Shown here in pieces: positions 27,688-38,385 of a stretch of 64,000 nucleotides of DNA; within the stretch, counting starts at the first letter, position 1; the number at the start of each line of letters is the position of its first letter. The DNA is taken from assembly GCA_945907765.1 (NCBI GenBank), contig CAMDTO010000003.1, positions 15,813-79,812 of the forward strand. Reading direction: 5' to 3'. Position numbers and translations under genes: made by a program. The notes below the pieces were generated by a model. The model had not been told where the DNA came from and searched no databases. It saw nothing but the letters and a program-made list of their open reading frames with translations. Origin of the DNA: Thermoflexus hugenholtzii JAD2 (GTDB taxonomy: Bacteria > Chloroflexota > UBA11872 > UBA12225).

Positions 27688-28925
27688 ATGCAGACGGCTA
27701 CCCGCATGACGCCCGGCCGAAGGGCATACGTCGAAGTTCCGGCAGACCCTCATCAGACTAGAAACCGGATCCTACAGGCCATCGCTCTGGCATTCGTCGT
27801 CGCCTACCCATTCCTCGACCTGCTATTTGGATGGCAAGCCCTGCTCGCATTCATTCCGATGATGTTGATGATCACGCTCGCGCTGGGTCTGAACATCGTT
27901 GTTGGGTATGCCGGGCTCCTGGACCTCGGGTACGCGGCGTTCTACGCCATCGGCGCATACGCCGCAGCGTTTTTCACCTCGCCCAACAGTCCGCTAGCGA
28001 GCGTCCTTCCGGGCAGCCCGTTTGCCTGGATGCAGGACTTCTGGGTCTCGATGGTCATGGCTGTCCTCGTTGCGGGTTGTGCGGGTGCCATCCTCGGCGC
28101 GCCGACGCTGCGGTTGCGGGGGGACTATCTGGCACTCGTCACGCTCGGGTTTGGCGAAATCGTGCCTCGATTGGTCAAGAATCTCGAACCGTGGACCAAG
28201 GGTGTCAAGGGCATGAACCCCATCGGGCGACCCTACCTCTTCGGGTGCCAGTTCGGTGTTGACCCGTGCGAAATCCTCGGGATGAAGCTGAAACTCGGCA
28301 TGATCCCGTATTACTACCTCACGCTCATCGTCGGCGCGATATCCATCTTCGCGATCATCCGCCTGCGTAACTCGCGCCTCGGTCGCGCCTGGGCAGCCAT
28401 CCGCGATGACGAAATCGCTGCCCAAGGGATGGGTATCAACCCGGTCACCACCAAACTCTGGGCGTTCTCGCTGGGGGCATCATTCTCCGGTGCAACCGGA
28501 GCCATCTTCGGTGCCTACCTCCAGACCATCTCACCAGACCAGTTCGAGTACTCAACGTCCGTCATCGTGCTCTGCATGGTCATCCTCGGTGGCACCGGCA
28601 ACATCTGGGGGGTCATGCTCGGGGGCCTCCTCATCCAGTCTTTCGACCGCATCTTCGCGGAACGGCTCACCGGGTGGGTTCACAAGGCCGGCGCACTCAC
28701 TGGAGATCCGACCATCACGGCAGCGTTCAATTCCTTTGACCTGCTGAAATCCCGCCTGCTGGTTTTCGGCTTGTGCCTTGTCCTGATCATGAACCTCCGG
28801 CCCCAAGGGATCCTTCCCAATCGCAAGCGCCGTGAAACTGCCCTGACCGACCTTCCTGCGGATGACGTCGCACCCGACGAGGCAGTCATGATTGCTGGTG
28901 CCGCCGTGCCGACGGAGAAACCACG

Positions 28926-28929
<4 letters not shown>
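27688..28929 (+). CDS. livM: Branched-chain amino-acid ABC permease
   Basis: LGLNIVVGYAGLLDLGYAAFYAIGAY...RLRGDYLALVTLGFGEI...AIRDDEIAAQGMGIN are LivM signatures. Confidence 0.88.
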
Positions 28930-29752
<823 letters not shown>

Positions 29753-29753
<1 letters not shown>

Positions 29754-30502
29754 TGTCCGCCTCTCCATCTTGGGCCCGGGTCATCGGTTCTGTCGTCCTG
29801 GAAGTCACAGACGTTCACACCTATTACGGCAACATCCATGCCCTTCAGGGCGTCAGCATTTCAGTTCGTGAGCGCGAGATCGTGACCCTGCTTGGCAGCA
29901 ATGGCGCAGGGAAAAGCACCACCCTGAAGACGATCTCCGGTCTGCTTCGGCCAAGACAGGGGACTGTCAAACTTCGTGGCGAGACCATCAACAACGTCCC
30001 GGCGCACCAGATCGTTCGACGAGGCATCTGCCAGTCACCCGAAGGTCGGCATGTCTTCCCACGCCTCTCAGTCGATGAGAACCTGGCGATGGGCGCCTTC
30101 ATTCACAACGACACCAAGCAGGTCGCGATTGATCGGGAACGGGTGCTGGACCTCTTCCCCCGACTGCGCGAGCGACTGCGTCAAAAGGCCGGCACACTCT
30201 CCGGTGGTGAACAGCAAATGTTGGCGATCGGACGCGCGATGATGGGCCGACCGGCCGTCCTGCTCCTCGATGAACCGTCGATGGGTCTTTCGCCCCTCCT
30301 TACCGACGTCATCTTTGACGCCATCAAGGAGATCAATCACTCAGGTGTCACCGTGGTCGTCGTCGAGCAGAATGCCCAACTTGCCCTTTCCATCGCCGAC
30401 CGCGGGTATGTCATGCAAACCGGGCGTATCGTGTTGACCGATACGGCCGAAGCCCTCGCCAAGAACGAAATGGTCCGCAAGGCTTACCTCGGAGAGGAAT
30501 GA
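29753..30502 (+). CDS. livF: Branched-chain amino-acid ABC ATP-binding protein
   Basis: Walker A GSNGAGKST, signature LSGGEQQMLAIGRAM, Walker B VLLLDEPS. Start overlaps the livG stop. Confidence 0.9.
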
Positions 30503-30539
30503 GATCGGGGCGAGGCAACTCATCACCACGCCCCAACTC

Positions 30540-33500
30540 TTACCCGCGCCGACGTTCAATCGCGATGGTGACTTCATTGCGGTCCAAGGTGATGGTCTTG
30601 CGGTACGCATCGGGGGACGATGCAGCCGTCCCGGCATCCAAGGTGGTCGAAAGCGTTTCGGAGGCAATTTCACTCGCGTACGTCGCGAAGACGGCGTCCC
30701 CATCTGCCGAGGCGTCATAGCGCGTGATGATGCGGTCCTCCAGATTGAACCCCGCGTCCTTTCGCATTCCATTGATCGCATGCGTGATCTCGCGCGCGAG
30801 GCCCTCCGCCACCAAGTCCGGTGTCAGGCTCGTGTCGAGTGCGATCAGCAGGCCTCCGTCATCCACCACGGCAAAACCGGGCGCATCGACGGCTTCGACA
30901 TCGAACTCAGCTGCCGGAACCTCGAGTTCGAGGCCCTCCACAATCACGACCGCCGGTTCGCCTCGGGCATGCCGGCGTTGAACCTCGGCCCCATCCGCTG
31001 CTTGCAGGGCACGGGCCACTGCATTCACCCGAGGGCCAAACCTCGGCCCAAGAACCTTGAAGTTCGGCTTGACCCGATAGGTAACCAGCACCTCATCGTC
31101 GGACGCGAACCGCAGGACCTTGACGTTCAATTCCTCGGTAATCTGGGTAGAGAGACGCATGAGCGAGGCACGCTCTGCATCAGACCGCGCCCGAACCACT
31201 AGCGCCGGAAGGGGTTGACGAACCTTGACCTTGACTTTGCTTCGGGCGGCCCGGGCCAATCCCACGACCGTACGTACCACCGACATCGATCGCCTCAGGT
31301 CCTCATCGATCAGCAACGGATCGGAGACCGGCCAGTCGGTGTGGTGGACGCTTACCGGCACCGCCGCCCCGGTGGACCGCTCAAGGTTCTGATACATCTC
31401 CTCAGCCAGGAATGGCATTGACGGGCCCAGAAGCCGGGTTAGCGTCGTGAGCACTTCCCAGAGGGTGCTGTAGGCTGCCCTCTTATCGGTATCCGCTTCA
31501 TTCTTCCAGTACCGGGACCGCCCACGACGCAGGTACCACGTGGAGAGGTCATCAACGAACGCCTCAATCCGCCAGGTCGCCAACCGGGAATCAAAGTCCT
31601 CGTACCGCTTGGTGACATCGTCGACCAGCACGTGAAGTTCCGCAAGAATCCATCGGTCCAGATCAGTACGGTCTGCCACCGGCACGATGTGCGCATGGGG
31701 ATCAAACCCATCGAGTCGCGCGTAATTGCAGAAGAAGGCGTAAACGTTCCACAGCACCAGCAGACGGCGCTTGATCTGATCAGCGATGCCGTAGCCGAAG
31801 TTCAGGTTTGCCTCGGTGTTGGCCCCGGCAAACAGCCAGCGCATCACGCTTGCACCGATACGTTCCGCAGCCTCATTGAACTCGATGGAGTTTCCCCACG
31901 ACTTGTGCATCTCGCGGCCGGTCTCGTCCCGCAAGGTTGCGTACCCAAGGACAGCCCGGAACGGTTCGCGATTTTCCAGAACGGTGCTCATCACCAGAAG
32001 CGAATAGAACCAGTTCCGGAACTGTCCGGGGAAACTCTCGGTGATGAAGTGGGCCGGGAACCACTCCTTCCAATACTCCTTGTCATGCCGGTAGCCGAGT
32101 GTCGAGAAACTCACGATGCCCGCGTCAAGCCACGGATTGCCGACATCCTTGATCCGTGTCGCCTGCCCGCCGCACTGCGCACACGCAATGTGCACACCAT
32201 CCACAAAGGGACGATGGGGCGCGTGCCCGGCGAATGCCTCCCACCCTTCCGTCGCGCGCGACTGCAATTCGTCATCGCCACCGACAACATCCCACCACCC
32301 GCAAACTGGGTCGTCACACGTCCAGATCGGCAGTGCCAGACCCCAGTAGCGCTTCTTGGAAATCATCCAGTCACCCATGTTGCGCAACCAGTCAAGTTCC
32401 CGTTCCAGACCCCATGACGGGTGCCATTCGATCCGCCGGACGACATCGGCAATCTGTTCACGCAGTGGAGGCATCTCACGCCCCGCGACCCGCGCCCGCG
32501 CCTCGTCGGATTTCGGTCCGTCCATCGAGATGAACCACTCATCGACGACCCGGAACACCAGTTCGGTGTGGCAACGCCAACACTTGGGATACCGATGGGT
32601 GTACGGCAGGACGCGATACAGAAACCCACCTTCGCGCATCGTGGCCGCGATCGTTGGCGCAACGTCTGGCGCATACTCCCCAGTCAGGTCGCCAAAACCC
32701 GCGTAGTAGCGCGCAAACTCATCGATCGGGGCGACAATCGGCAACCCGTGTTGCTTGCCGAGCGCAAAGTCGATGTCCCCGCATCCGGGTGCAATATGGA
32801 CGATTCCTGTGCCCTCGGTCTCCGTCACATCGGACCCGCCGATCACAACGTGGGCCTCAGGCACTCCCTGTTCGATCACGATTGGAAGGTGGTCAAATGG
32901 CCCTTGGTAATGCAACCCGATCAGGTCCTTGCCGGTAAGTTCGCCGATGACCTCATGTGACCCGGTCAACGCCGAGGTGACCGTCCCCTTCGACAGAATC
33001 AGCACGTCATCACCTTGACGGACACGCACGTAGGTCAGGTCGGGATGCACCTCGGCCGCTACATTCGCCGGGAGCGTCCACGGTGTCGTCGTCCAGATCA
33101 GGAGGGACTCGCCCGGTCGTTCAACCAATGGCAGTTTCACGTACATCGACGTGTGCGTGATGTCCGCATAGCCCTCAGTGGCAATCTCATGGTGTGAGAT
33201 CCCAGTTGAACACCGCGGACACCAAGGCATGGAATCGATGCCCCGGTAGATCAGGCCTCGATCATGGCACTGCTTCAGGAAGAGCCAGATCGAATAGTTG
33301 TTCTCGTCCGCCATGGTGAAGTAGGAGTTGTTCCAGTCCATCCAATACCCGAGGCGAATGGACTGGTTGGTCTGCATCGCTGAAAAGCGCCGCACGCGCT
33401 CCTTGCAAGCCTCCACAAAGCGGTCAATCCCGAACGCCTCGATATCCCGCTTTGACGTGAACCCCTTTTCCTTTTCTACTTCTACTTCAACCCACAGCCC

Positions 33501-33764
33501 TTGGCAGTCGAAGCCCTGCTGGAACCGCAACTCATGACCCTGCATCGCCTTGAAGCGATTGAAGAGGTCCTTATACGTGCGTCCCCACGCGTGATGGACG
33601 CCCATCGGACCATTCGCGGTGATCGGCCCGTCGATGAAACTCCACTTGGGCTTGCCCCGGTTTTTCTCGACCAGAAGGTCGAAGGCGTGGTGTTCCTCCC
33701 AGAAAGCGAGGATGCCTCGTTCAAGCGCGGGAAAGTCAACATCTGCACTGACGGGTGAAAACAT
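30540..33764 (-). CDS. ileS: Isoleucyl-tRNA synthetase (long, type-2-like)
   Basis: FPALERGILAFWEE...GPITANGPMGVHHAWGRTYKD (HIGH region), KMSKS-like MHKSWGNS, CP1 editing-domain features. 1074 aa. Confidence 0.93.
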   Translation of the reverse strand: MFSPVSADVDFPALERGILAFWEEHHAFDLLVEKNRGKPKWSFIDGPITANGPMGVHHAWGRTYKDLFNRFKAMQGHELRFQQGFDCQGLWVEVEVEKEKGFTSKRDIEAFGIDRFVEACKERVRRFSAMQTNQSIRLGYWMDWNNSYFTMADENNYSIWLFLKQCHDRGLIYRGIDSMPWCPRCSTGISHHEIATEGYADITHTSMYVKLPLVERPGESLLIWTTTPWTLPANVAAEVHPDLTYVRVRQGDDVLILSKGTVTSALTGSHEVIGELTGKDLIGLHYQGPFDHLPIVIEQGVPEAHVVIGGSDVTETEGTGIVHIAPGCGDIDFALGKQHGLPIVAPIDEFARYYAGFGDLTGEYAPDVAPTIAATMREGGFLYRVLPYTHRYPKCWRCHTELVFRVVDEWFISMDGPKSDEARARVAGREMPPLREQIADVVRRIEWHPSWGLERELDWLRNMGDWMISKKRYWGLALPIWTCDDPVCGWWDVVGGDDELQSRATEGWEAFAGHAPHRPFVDGVHIACAQCGGQATRIKDVGNPWLDAGIVSFSTLGYRHDKEYWKEWFPAHFITESFPGQFRNWFYSLLVMSTVLENREPFRAVLGYATLRDETGREMHKSWGNSIEFNEAAERIGASVMRWLFAGANTEANLNFGYGIADQIKRRLLVLWNVYAFFCNYARLDGFDPHAHIVPVADRTDLDRWILAELHVLVDDVTKRYEDFDSRLATWRIEAFVDDLSTWYLRRGRSRYWKNEADTDKRAAYSTLWEVLTTLTRLLGPSMPFLAEEMYQNLERSTGAAVPVSVHHTDWPVSDPLLIDEDLRRSMSVVRTVVGLARAARSKVKVKVRQPLPALVVRARSDAERASLMRLSTQITEELNVKVLRFASDDEVLVTYRVKPNFKVLGPRFGPRVNAVARALQAADGAEVQRRHARGEPAVVIVEGLELEVPAAEFDVEAVDAPGFAVVDDGGLLIALDTSLTPDLVAEGLAREITHAINGMRKDAGFNLEDRIITRYDASADGDAVFATYASEIASETLSTTLDAGTAASSPDAYRKTITLDRNEVTIAIERRRG

Positions 33765-33855
33765 GGTTTCGTCCTGGTGTCCTGGTCTGCTTGTCGTCTG
33801 CTGTGATGTTCATGGGAGGCACGGTGTACGCACATTCGCCGAGGCGGCGGGCAGC

Positions 33856-34207
33856 AAAAAACGCGCCCGCCCCTCAAGGGGACGAGGCGCGTCATGAAGA
33901 CGCCGCACCCGCGGTACCACCCCGATTGCCCACCACCCCTGTGCCGGCCACATGGCCGCTGCGAGGAGGATGACCCACTCGTGCAGGATTGAGTTGCCTG
34001 CGCCCCAGTAACGGAGGGCAATCCGGCCCGGCCTACTGGCAAATCCCGAGATCAACCGGTCAGCCTCGTTGGAAGCCGGGATCACGCAATCACGTTCGGT
34101 GGGCAGCTCGGGAAGGATGTTCGGAAGCGGTTCGCAACCCGATCGCACTGCCCTCGGGCTCCCTGAATGCGTGCGCCGTTCCTACTAGGTTCCGTCGTGG
34201 CTCTTGG
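33856..34207 (-). promoter_or_regulatory. T-box riboswitch leader of ileS, including an intrinsic terminator (33856-33892)
   Basis: On the minus strand, AAUCGGGGUGGUACCGCGGG matches the T-box core GGGUGGUACCGCG (plus-strand coordinates 33909-33927). About 17 nt further on lies ACGCGCCUCGUCCCC-UUGA-GGGGCGGGCGCGU followed by UUUUU. The ileS ATG is ~90 nt downstream of that. The 5' boundary is estimated from the predicted promoter. Confidence 0.8.
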
Positions 34208-34213
34208 AGTGGC

Positions 34214-34243
34214 AGTGTAGGGGGCGACTTGCGAGAATGTCAA
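34214..34243 (-). promoter_or_regulatory. Candidate promoter of the ileS T-box leader (TTGACA-18 nt-TACACT)
   Basis: Minus strand reads ...TTGACAttctcgcaagtcgcccccTACACTgcc... The -35 element (34238-34243) lies 3 nt from the divergent radical-SAM ATG (34247). Confidence 0.45.
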
Positions 34244-34246
34244 CAA

Positions 34247-36187
34247 ATGAGCGAAGCGCACAGAGACCTAGCAGGGCAATGGGATGGCATGGATTACCGC
34301 ACCATCGCCCGGATGATTGACACCTTCCTGCCCCGCGTGCAGAAGCCGGCCCGCTATACCGGGGGCGAATTCAATTCCAACCCGAAGGACTGGGAAGCGC
34401 GTGGCCCGCAGGGACGGCAACGCATCCGCCTCGGAATTGCGTTCCCGGATATCTACGACATCGGCATGTCAAATCTCGGAATGCAGGTACTCTATGAAAT
34501 AGTGAACCGCGACGACCGGTTCCTCGCCGAACGCGTCTTCGCCCCGTGGTTCGACATGGAAGCCGAACTCCGACGGTCCCGCGTGCCGCTGTTCGGCATC
34601 GAAACACGTCACGCACTCGGGCAATTCGATGTACTCGGGTTCAGCCTCGCCTACGAACTCGATTACACCAACGTGCTCAACATGCTCAATCTGGCACATA
34701 TTCCCGTCCGCGCGCGCGACCGTGGCCCCGAACACCCCATCGTCATCGCTGGGGGCAGCAACGCCACCAATCCCGAGCCGATGTCCGATTTCATCGACGC
34801 TTTCCTGATTGGCGAAGGTGAAGAGTCGCTCACCGCGTTCCTGGCCCTGTATGACGAACTCCGGGAATCCTCGCCTCGACCGGATCGCACCGTCCTCCTG
34901 CGCGAGGCGGCGCACCGCATTCCCGGTTGCTATGTCCCGACGTTGTACGAAGCGCACTACGATGACCGGGGCGTGTTCACCGCACTTGAACCACTTCCCG
35001 GTGCGCCAGAACTTCCCGTCAAGAAATCGTTTGTCGATCTGGTCGACTATCCGCTTCCCACGAGACCTGTCGTACCGTACATGGAGACAATCCATGACCG
35101 TGCGGCGATCGAGATCATGCGGGGATGTGGCCGCGGGTGCAGGTTCTGCCAGGCCGATCTGATCTATCGCCCCCGACGGGTCCGGCCTCGCGCGCAGATC
35201 ATCGAGATGGCCGACCAACTCCTGAAATCGACCGGCTACAACGAACTTTCGCTCCTGTCACTATCAAGCGCTGACATCAAGCACATCGATCTCGTCGTCC
35301 AGGACGCCATTGACCTCTTTGACGACAACACCCTGACTATCGCCATGCCGAGCACCCGGGTCGATGCATTCAACGTCCATCTCGCGGAGCTGATCGAACG
35401 CGGGAAGCGATCCGGGATCACCTTCGCTCCTGAAGCAGGTACCGAGCGGATGCGGGAAGTCATCCACAAGGGTGTCTCCGAAGCCGAGACGTTGGCGGCC
35501 GCCGAAATGGCCTACAGTCGCGGTTGGCAGACGATAAAGCTCTACTTCATGATCGGTCTTCCAACCGAGACTGACCAGGACGTGGAGGGAATTGGCCACC
35601 TCGCCCAGAAGGTCCTCGATGTCGGAAGACGCCATCACGGTCGCCGTGCTCGGGTCACCGTAGGCGTATCGACAATGGTTCCAAAGGCACACACACCATT
35701 CCAGTGGGCGGCCCAGGCAACCCGGCCCCAGATTGAACGGCGGATTTCGGTGCTTCGCAACGTGACCCGCGACCGTGGCATGCGTGTTTCGTGGCATGAC
35801 CCCGAAAGCACGATTGTTGAAGGCGTGATGTCACGCGGTGACCGTCGGGTCGGAACCGCGATCTATGGCGCTTGGAGACGTGGGGCCCGCTTTGATGCGT
35901 GGAACCAGCACCTTCGGTTCGAGGCGTGGCAGGCAGGCATGGGTGACGCCGGTCTGGACATCGAGACGTATGGAACCGACGACCGTGACATCCACGCCCG
36001 CCTCCCTTGGGATCACGTTGATGTCGGCGTCGCCAGATGGCACCTCGTTGCGCAGTGGAATCGCGCTCGAGGTGTCGAGGCGGAACCGAGACAGAGGCAG
36101 TCATTTGTCCTGCTCCATGGAGAAGACGTGACTAAAGCGCCAACCTTGACAACTGTCGGTGCGTCAGCCCTCGCCACCCAATCGTAA
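34247..36187 (+). CDS. TIGR03960-type B12-binding-domain radical SAM protein
   Basis: VQKPARYTGGEFN near the N-terminus. Radical SAM cluster motif CGRGCRFC (Cx3Cx2C). Conserved C-terminal region (GMRVSWHDPESTIVEGVMSRGDRR...FDAWNQHLRFEAW). Start trimmed to MSEAHRD, because the track extension (from 33989) would read through the ileS T-box leader. Confidence 0.8.
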   Translation: MSEAHRDLAGQWDGMDYRTIARMIDTFLPRVQKPARYTGGEFNSNPKDWEARGPQGRQRIRLGIAFPDIYDIGMSNLGMQVLYEIVNRDDRFLAERVFAPWFDMEAELRRSRVPLFGIETRHALGQFDVLGFSLAYELDYTNVLNMLNLAHIPVRARDRGPEHPIVIAGGSNATNPEPMSDFIDAFLIGEGEESLTAFLALYDELRESSPRPDRTVLLREAAHRIPGCYVPTLYEAHYDDRGVFTALEPLPGAPELPVKKSFVDLVDYPLPTRPVVPYMETIHDRAAIEIMRGCGRGCRFCQADLIYRPRRVRPRAQIIEMADQLLKSTGYNELSLLSLSSADIKHIDLVVQDAIDLFDDNTLTIAMPSTRVDAFNVHLAELIERGKRSGITFAPEAGTERMREVIHKGVSEAETLAAAEMAYSRGWQTIKLYFMIGLPTETDQDVEGIGHLAQKVLDVGRRHHGRRARVTVGVSTMVPKAHTPFQWAAQATRPQIERRISVLRNVTRDRGMRVSWHDPESTIVEGVMSRGDRRVGTAIYGAWRRGARFDAWNQHLRFEAWQAGMGDAGLDIETYGTDDRDIHARLPWDHVDVGVARWHLVAQWNRARGVEAEPRQRQSFVLLHGEDVTKAPTLTTVGASALATQS

Positions 36188-36235
36188 GAGGGCGGCACCC
36201 CGGCGACCGACGCATCGGCTACAGTGGGAACGGCG

Positions 36236-36718
36236 ATGTCAAAGCGTTACGAAGACGAGATTCGCGACCTGTTGAACCGCATGGAACGCTTTCCAGGCGA
36301 GAATGCGAAACGCCGCGGTGCCCCACCACCGCCAATCCCCATTCGCCGGCGTTCCTCGAACCCATTCCGTGGCCTTGGTGCCAAGTTGACCGTTGACCCG
36401 CAACGACTCATGGGCGGCGCGCTGCTCATGACCCTCGGCGCATGGGTCCTGCGGGGACCGTGGTCAAACGGCTTCCCTCTCCTGGCGGGAATTGCCGGGA
36501 CTGTGCAGCTCATAGGTCTGGTGATGTTCGTGGTCGCCCTGGTCCTCTTCATGAGACGGGGCAGCATGAGTGGGTCACCGTACGGCGGTGGCAATGGTCC
36601 CAGATGGCGTGGCCAAGTCATCGAGTTGCCGTCGCGAAGACGTCCATTCGGGGGCCTGACAAACACCGTGCGTTCCCTGTGGAAAAGCGTCACACGAAGG
36701 CGCGGCGCACCACCCTAA
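36236..36718 (+). CDS. Hypothetical membrane protein (2 predicted TM segments)
   Basis: MSKRYEDEIRDLLNRMERF..., a Pro/Arg-rich segment, then two hydrophobic spans (GGALLMTLGAWVL; LLAGIAGTVQLIGLVMFVVALVLF). Confidence 0.55.
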   Translation: MSKRYEDEIRDLLNRMERFPGENAKRRGAPPPPIPIRRRSSNPFRGLGAKLTVDPQRLMGGALLMTLGAWVLRGPWSNGFPLLAGIAGTVQLIGLVMFVVALVLFMRRGSMSGSPYGGGNGPRWRGQVIELPSRRRPFGGLTNTVRSLWKSVTRRRGAPP

Positions 36719-36797
36719 CGGGGGAGGTGGTAGGCATTACTCCCGACAGATACCCGGGTCATCAGGATAGATTTGCTACACTTGCCCTCGTCCTAAC

Positions 36798-36872
36798 GGC
36801 CCTCTAGCTCAATGGCAGAGCAGTTGACTCTTAATCAATTGGTTCACGGTTCAAGTCCGTGGGGGGCCACCA
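36798..36872 (+). tRNA. tRNA-Lys (CTT), CCA encoded
   Basis: GGCCCTCTAGCTCAATGGCAGAGC... Anticodon loop CTCTTAA. T-loop GGTTCAAGT. Acceptor GGCCCTC/GGGGGCC (one G-U pair)+ACCA. Confidence 0.92.
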
Positions 36873-37035
36873 CCTTCCTGACCCACTCCCCTTTCCTGAT
36901 CCTTCGCCACCGGCATGCGTGACGAGTGCGCCAAGAGGGGCGCCAACCCGCAAACCGCTCCAAGGCCGGGTGACGCAACGTCGTGGGTAGCGTTGCTACG
37001 AGGCATCAACGTTCCGTGGCACCTGAACACTCCCG

Positions 37036-37524
37036 ATGGATGCGTTGGCGCAGGTGCTCGCCGCGAATGGCCATGCATCGGTCCGCACGTACATCCAGAC
37101 CGGAAACATCGAGTTCCGCCACCCTGGGTCCGATGCATCAGATCTGTCAGCACGTATCACAAAAGCAATCGCCGACCAGTTCGGCCTTCAACCGACAACC
37201 ATCGTGTTTCCTCACTCCAGGCTTCGTCGGGCCATCCTCGGGATGCTTTTTTCAGATCTAGAAGATCGGAACTCCGTAGAAACATTGCACATCTTCTTCC
37301 TTGCCAGTGCACCAGAATCGCCCGACCTCGAACGTCTTTACCAACTGCGGGCAGCCCACGAACGGTTCCATCACGGTCATGAGGTGGCATGCCTTCACGC
37401 ACCCAGTGGCTTTGGTCGGTCCCGCCTCGCCGGTGCGGTCGAACGTGTCCTTGGCGTCAGCGTCACGGCCCGAAACTGGCGGACGGTCACGGCATCGGAC
37501 GCACTCGCAACCGCGGACGAGTGA
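37036..37524 (+). CDS. DUF1697-family protein (conserved N-terminal motif lies in another frame; possible frameshift/pseudogene)
   Basis: MDALAQVLAANGHASVRTYIQTGNIEF... matches the family core (..V.TYIQSGN..F). The family's N-terminal LLRGINV motif is encoded at 36993-37013 in a different reading frame. Confidence 0.6.
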   Translation: MDALAQVLAANGHASVRTYIQTGNIEFRHPGSDASDLSARITKAIADQFGLQPTTIVFPHSRLRRAILGMLFSDLEDRNSVETLHIFFLASAPESPDLERLYQLRAAHERFHHGHEVACLHAPSGFGRSRLAGAVERVLGVSVTARNWRTVTASDALATADE

Positions 37525-37640
37525 TGGTCCGCCGTAGCAATCACCCGCTACGCCAAACGCCCATCACCCACCAGCCATGCGGATTGGCCTCATCCGGTTT
37601 GCCGAGACGATGAGGCAGGTACTCCCGTTCTAGGGGTGAC

Positions 37641-38294
37641 GTGGCGTCCTACAGCCCAACGATGGCGCCAGAGAGCCAGGAGGCAGCTGTGAACTGCATC
37701 GTGTGTGGCTTGCCACTTACAGATGCCTCCACTCCATGCCCTCGATGTACTCAGCGGCGGATCGAAGCCGAATTTGTCGCCACTCTCCCGACACGTCCGG
37801 CACCACCGCGCTCGCTACCAGCGAAGTTCGTCGCTCCGTTCATCCTGATAAGTCTCGGTATCCTCACTGGCGTCAGCCTATTGGGTGGAGCGCAATCAAG
37901 CGGTTCAACCCGTGCCACATGGACCGCGACCCCATCCAGCCCGCAGGAACTCACGGTACTGCTCTTGCGCCAGTACGCCCGCGAAGTGTTCGGTACCGCC
38001 ACATCCCGTTCAGGTGTGGCAGCGTGGTGGACCAGTGTCCTCGACTGGACCGTCGAACCGCCCTACGCAATTGCCCGGACTTCTCTCTCGGACACGGCAC
38101 GCGAAACGAAAGTGACCGTCGAAATCTGTGCAGCCCTGGTGCACTTCGCCACCGATTCACGGCGAGAAGGATTGCGCCTTACTGGCGTCCGTGTTGTTGG
38201 ACAGGACGGAATGGTCTTGATCGACACGATCGTTCGAAACACGGATTTCGACCCGTGCCAAGAACTGTCTGCACGGCCGGTGCGGACGCGCTAA
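37641..38294 (+). CDS. Hypothetical zinc-ribbon + single-TM protein
   Basis: N-terminal CIVCGLPLTDASTPCPRC, a TM span (FVAPFILISLGILTGVSLLGG), and a ~130-aa extracytoplasmic region with no motif I recognise. Confidence 0.5.
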   Translation: MASYSPTMAPESQEAAVNCIVCGLPLTDASTPCPRCTQRRIEAEFVATLPTRPAPPRSLPAKFVAPFILISLGILTGVSLLGGAQSSGSTRATWTATPSSPQELTVLLLRQYAREVFGTATSRSGVAAWWTSVLDWTVEPPYAIARTSLSDTARETKVTVEICAALVHFATDSRREGLRLTGVRVVGQDGMVLIDTIVRNTDFDPCQELSARPVRTR

Positions 38295-38385
38295 CCGCTC
38301 CCTAAAAAGAGAAACGGTTGCACGTTTCACCATCACGTGAACCCTGCGACCGCCATTCCGAACTCGTGACGAGTTTGGCGCCCGG

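Noticed and set aside
33989-34246. N-terminal 86-codon extension of the radical SAM ORF (track start 33989); also ORF 33482..34042 (minus strand)
   Set aside because: Both run through the ileS T-box leader and its promoter. The family-typical N-terminus (..KPARYTGGEFN) begins shortly after the ATG at 34247.
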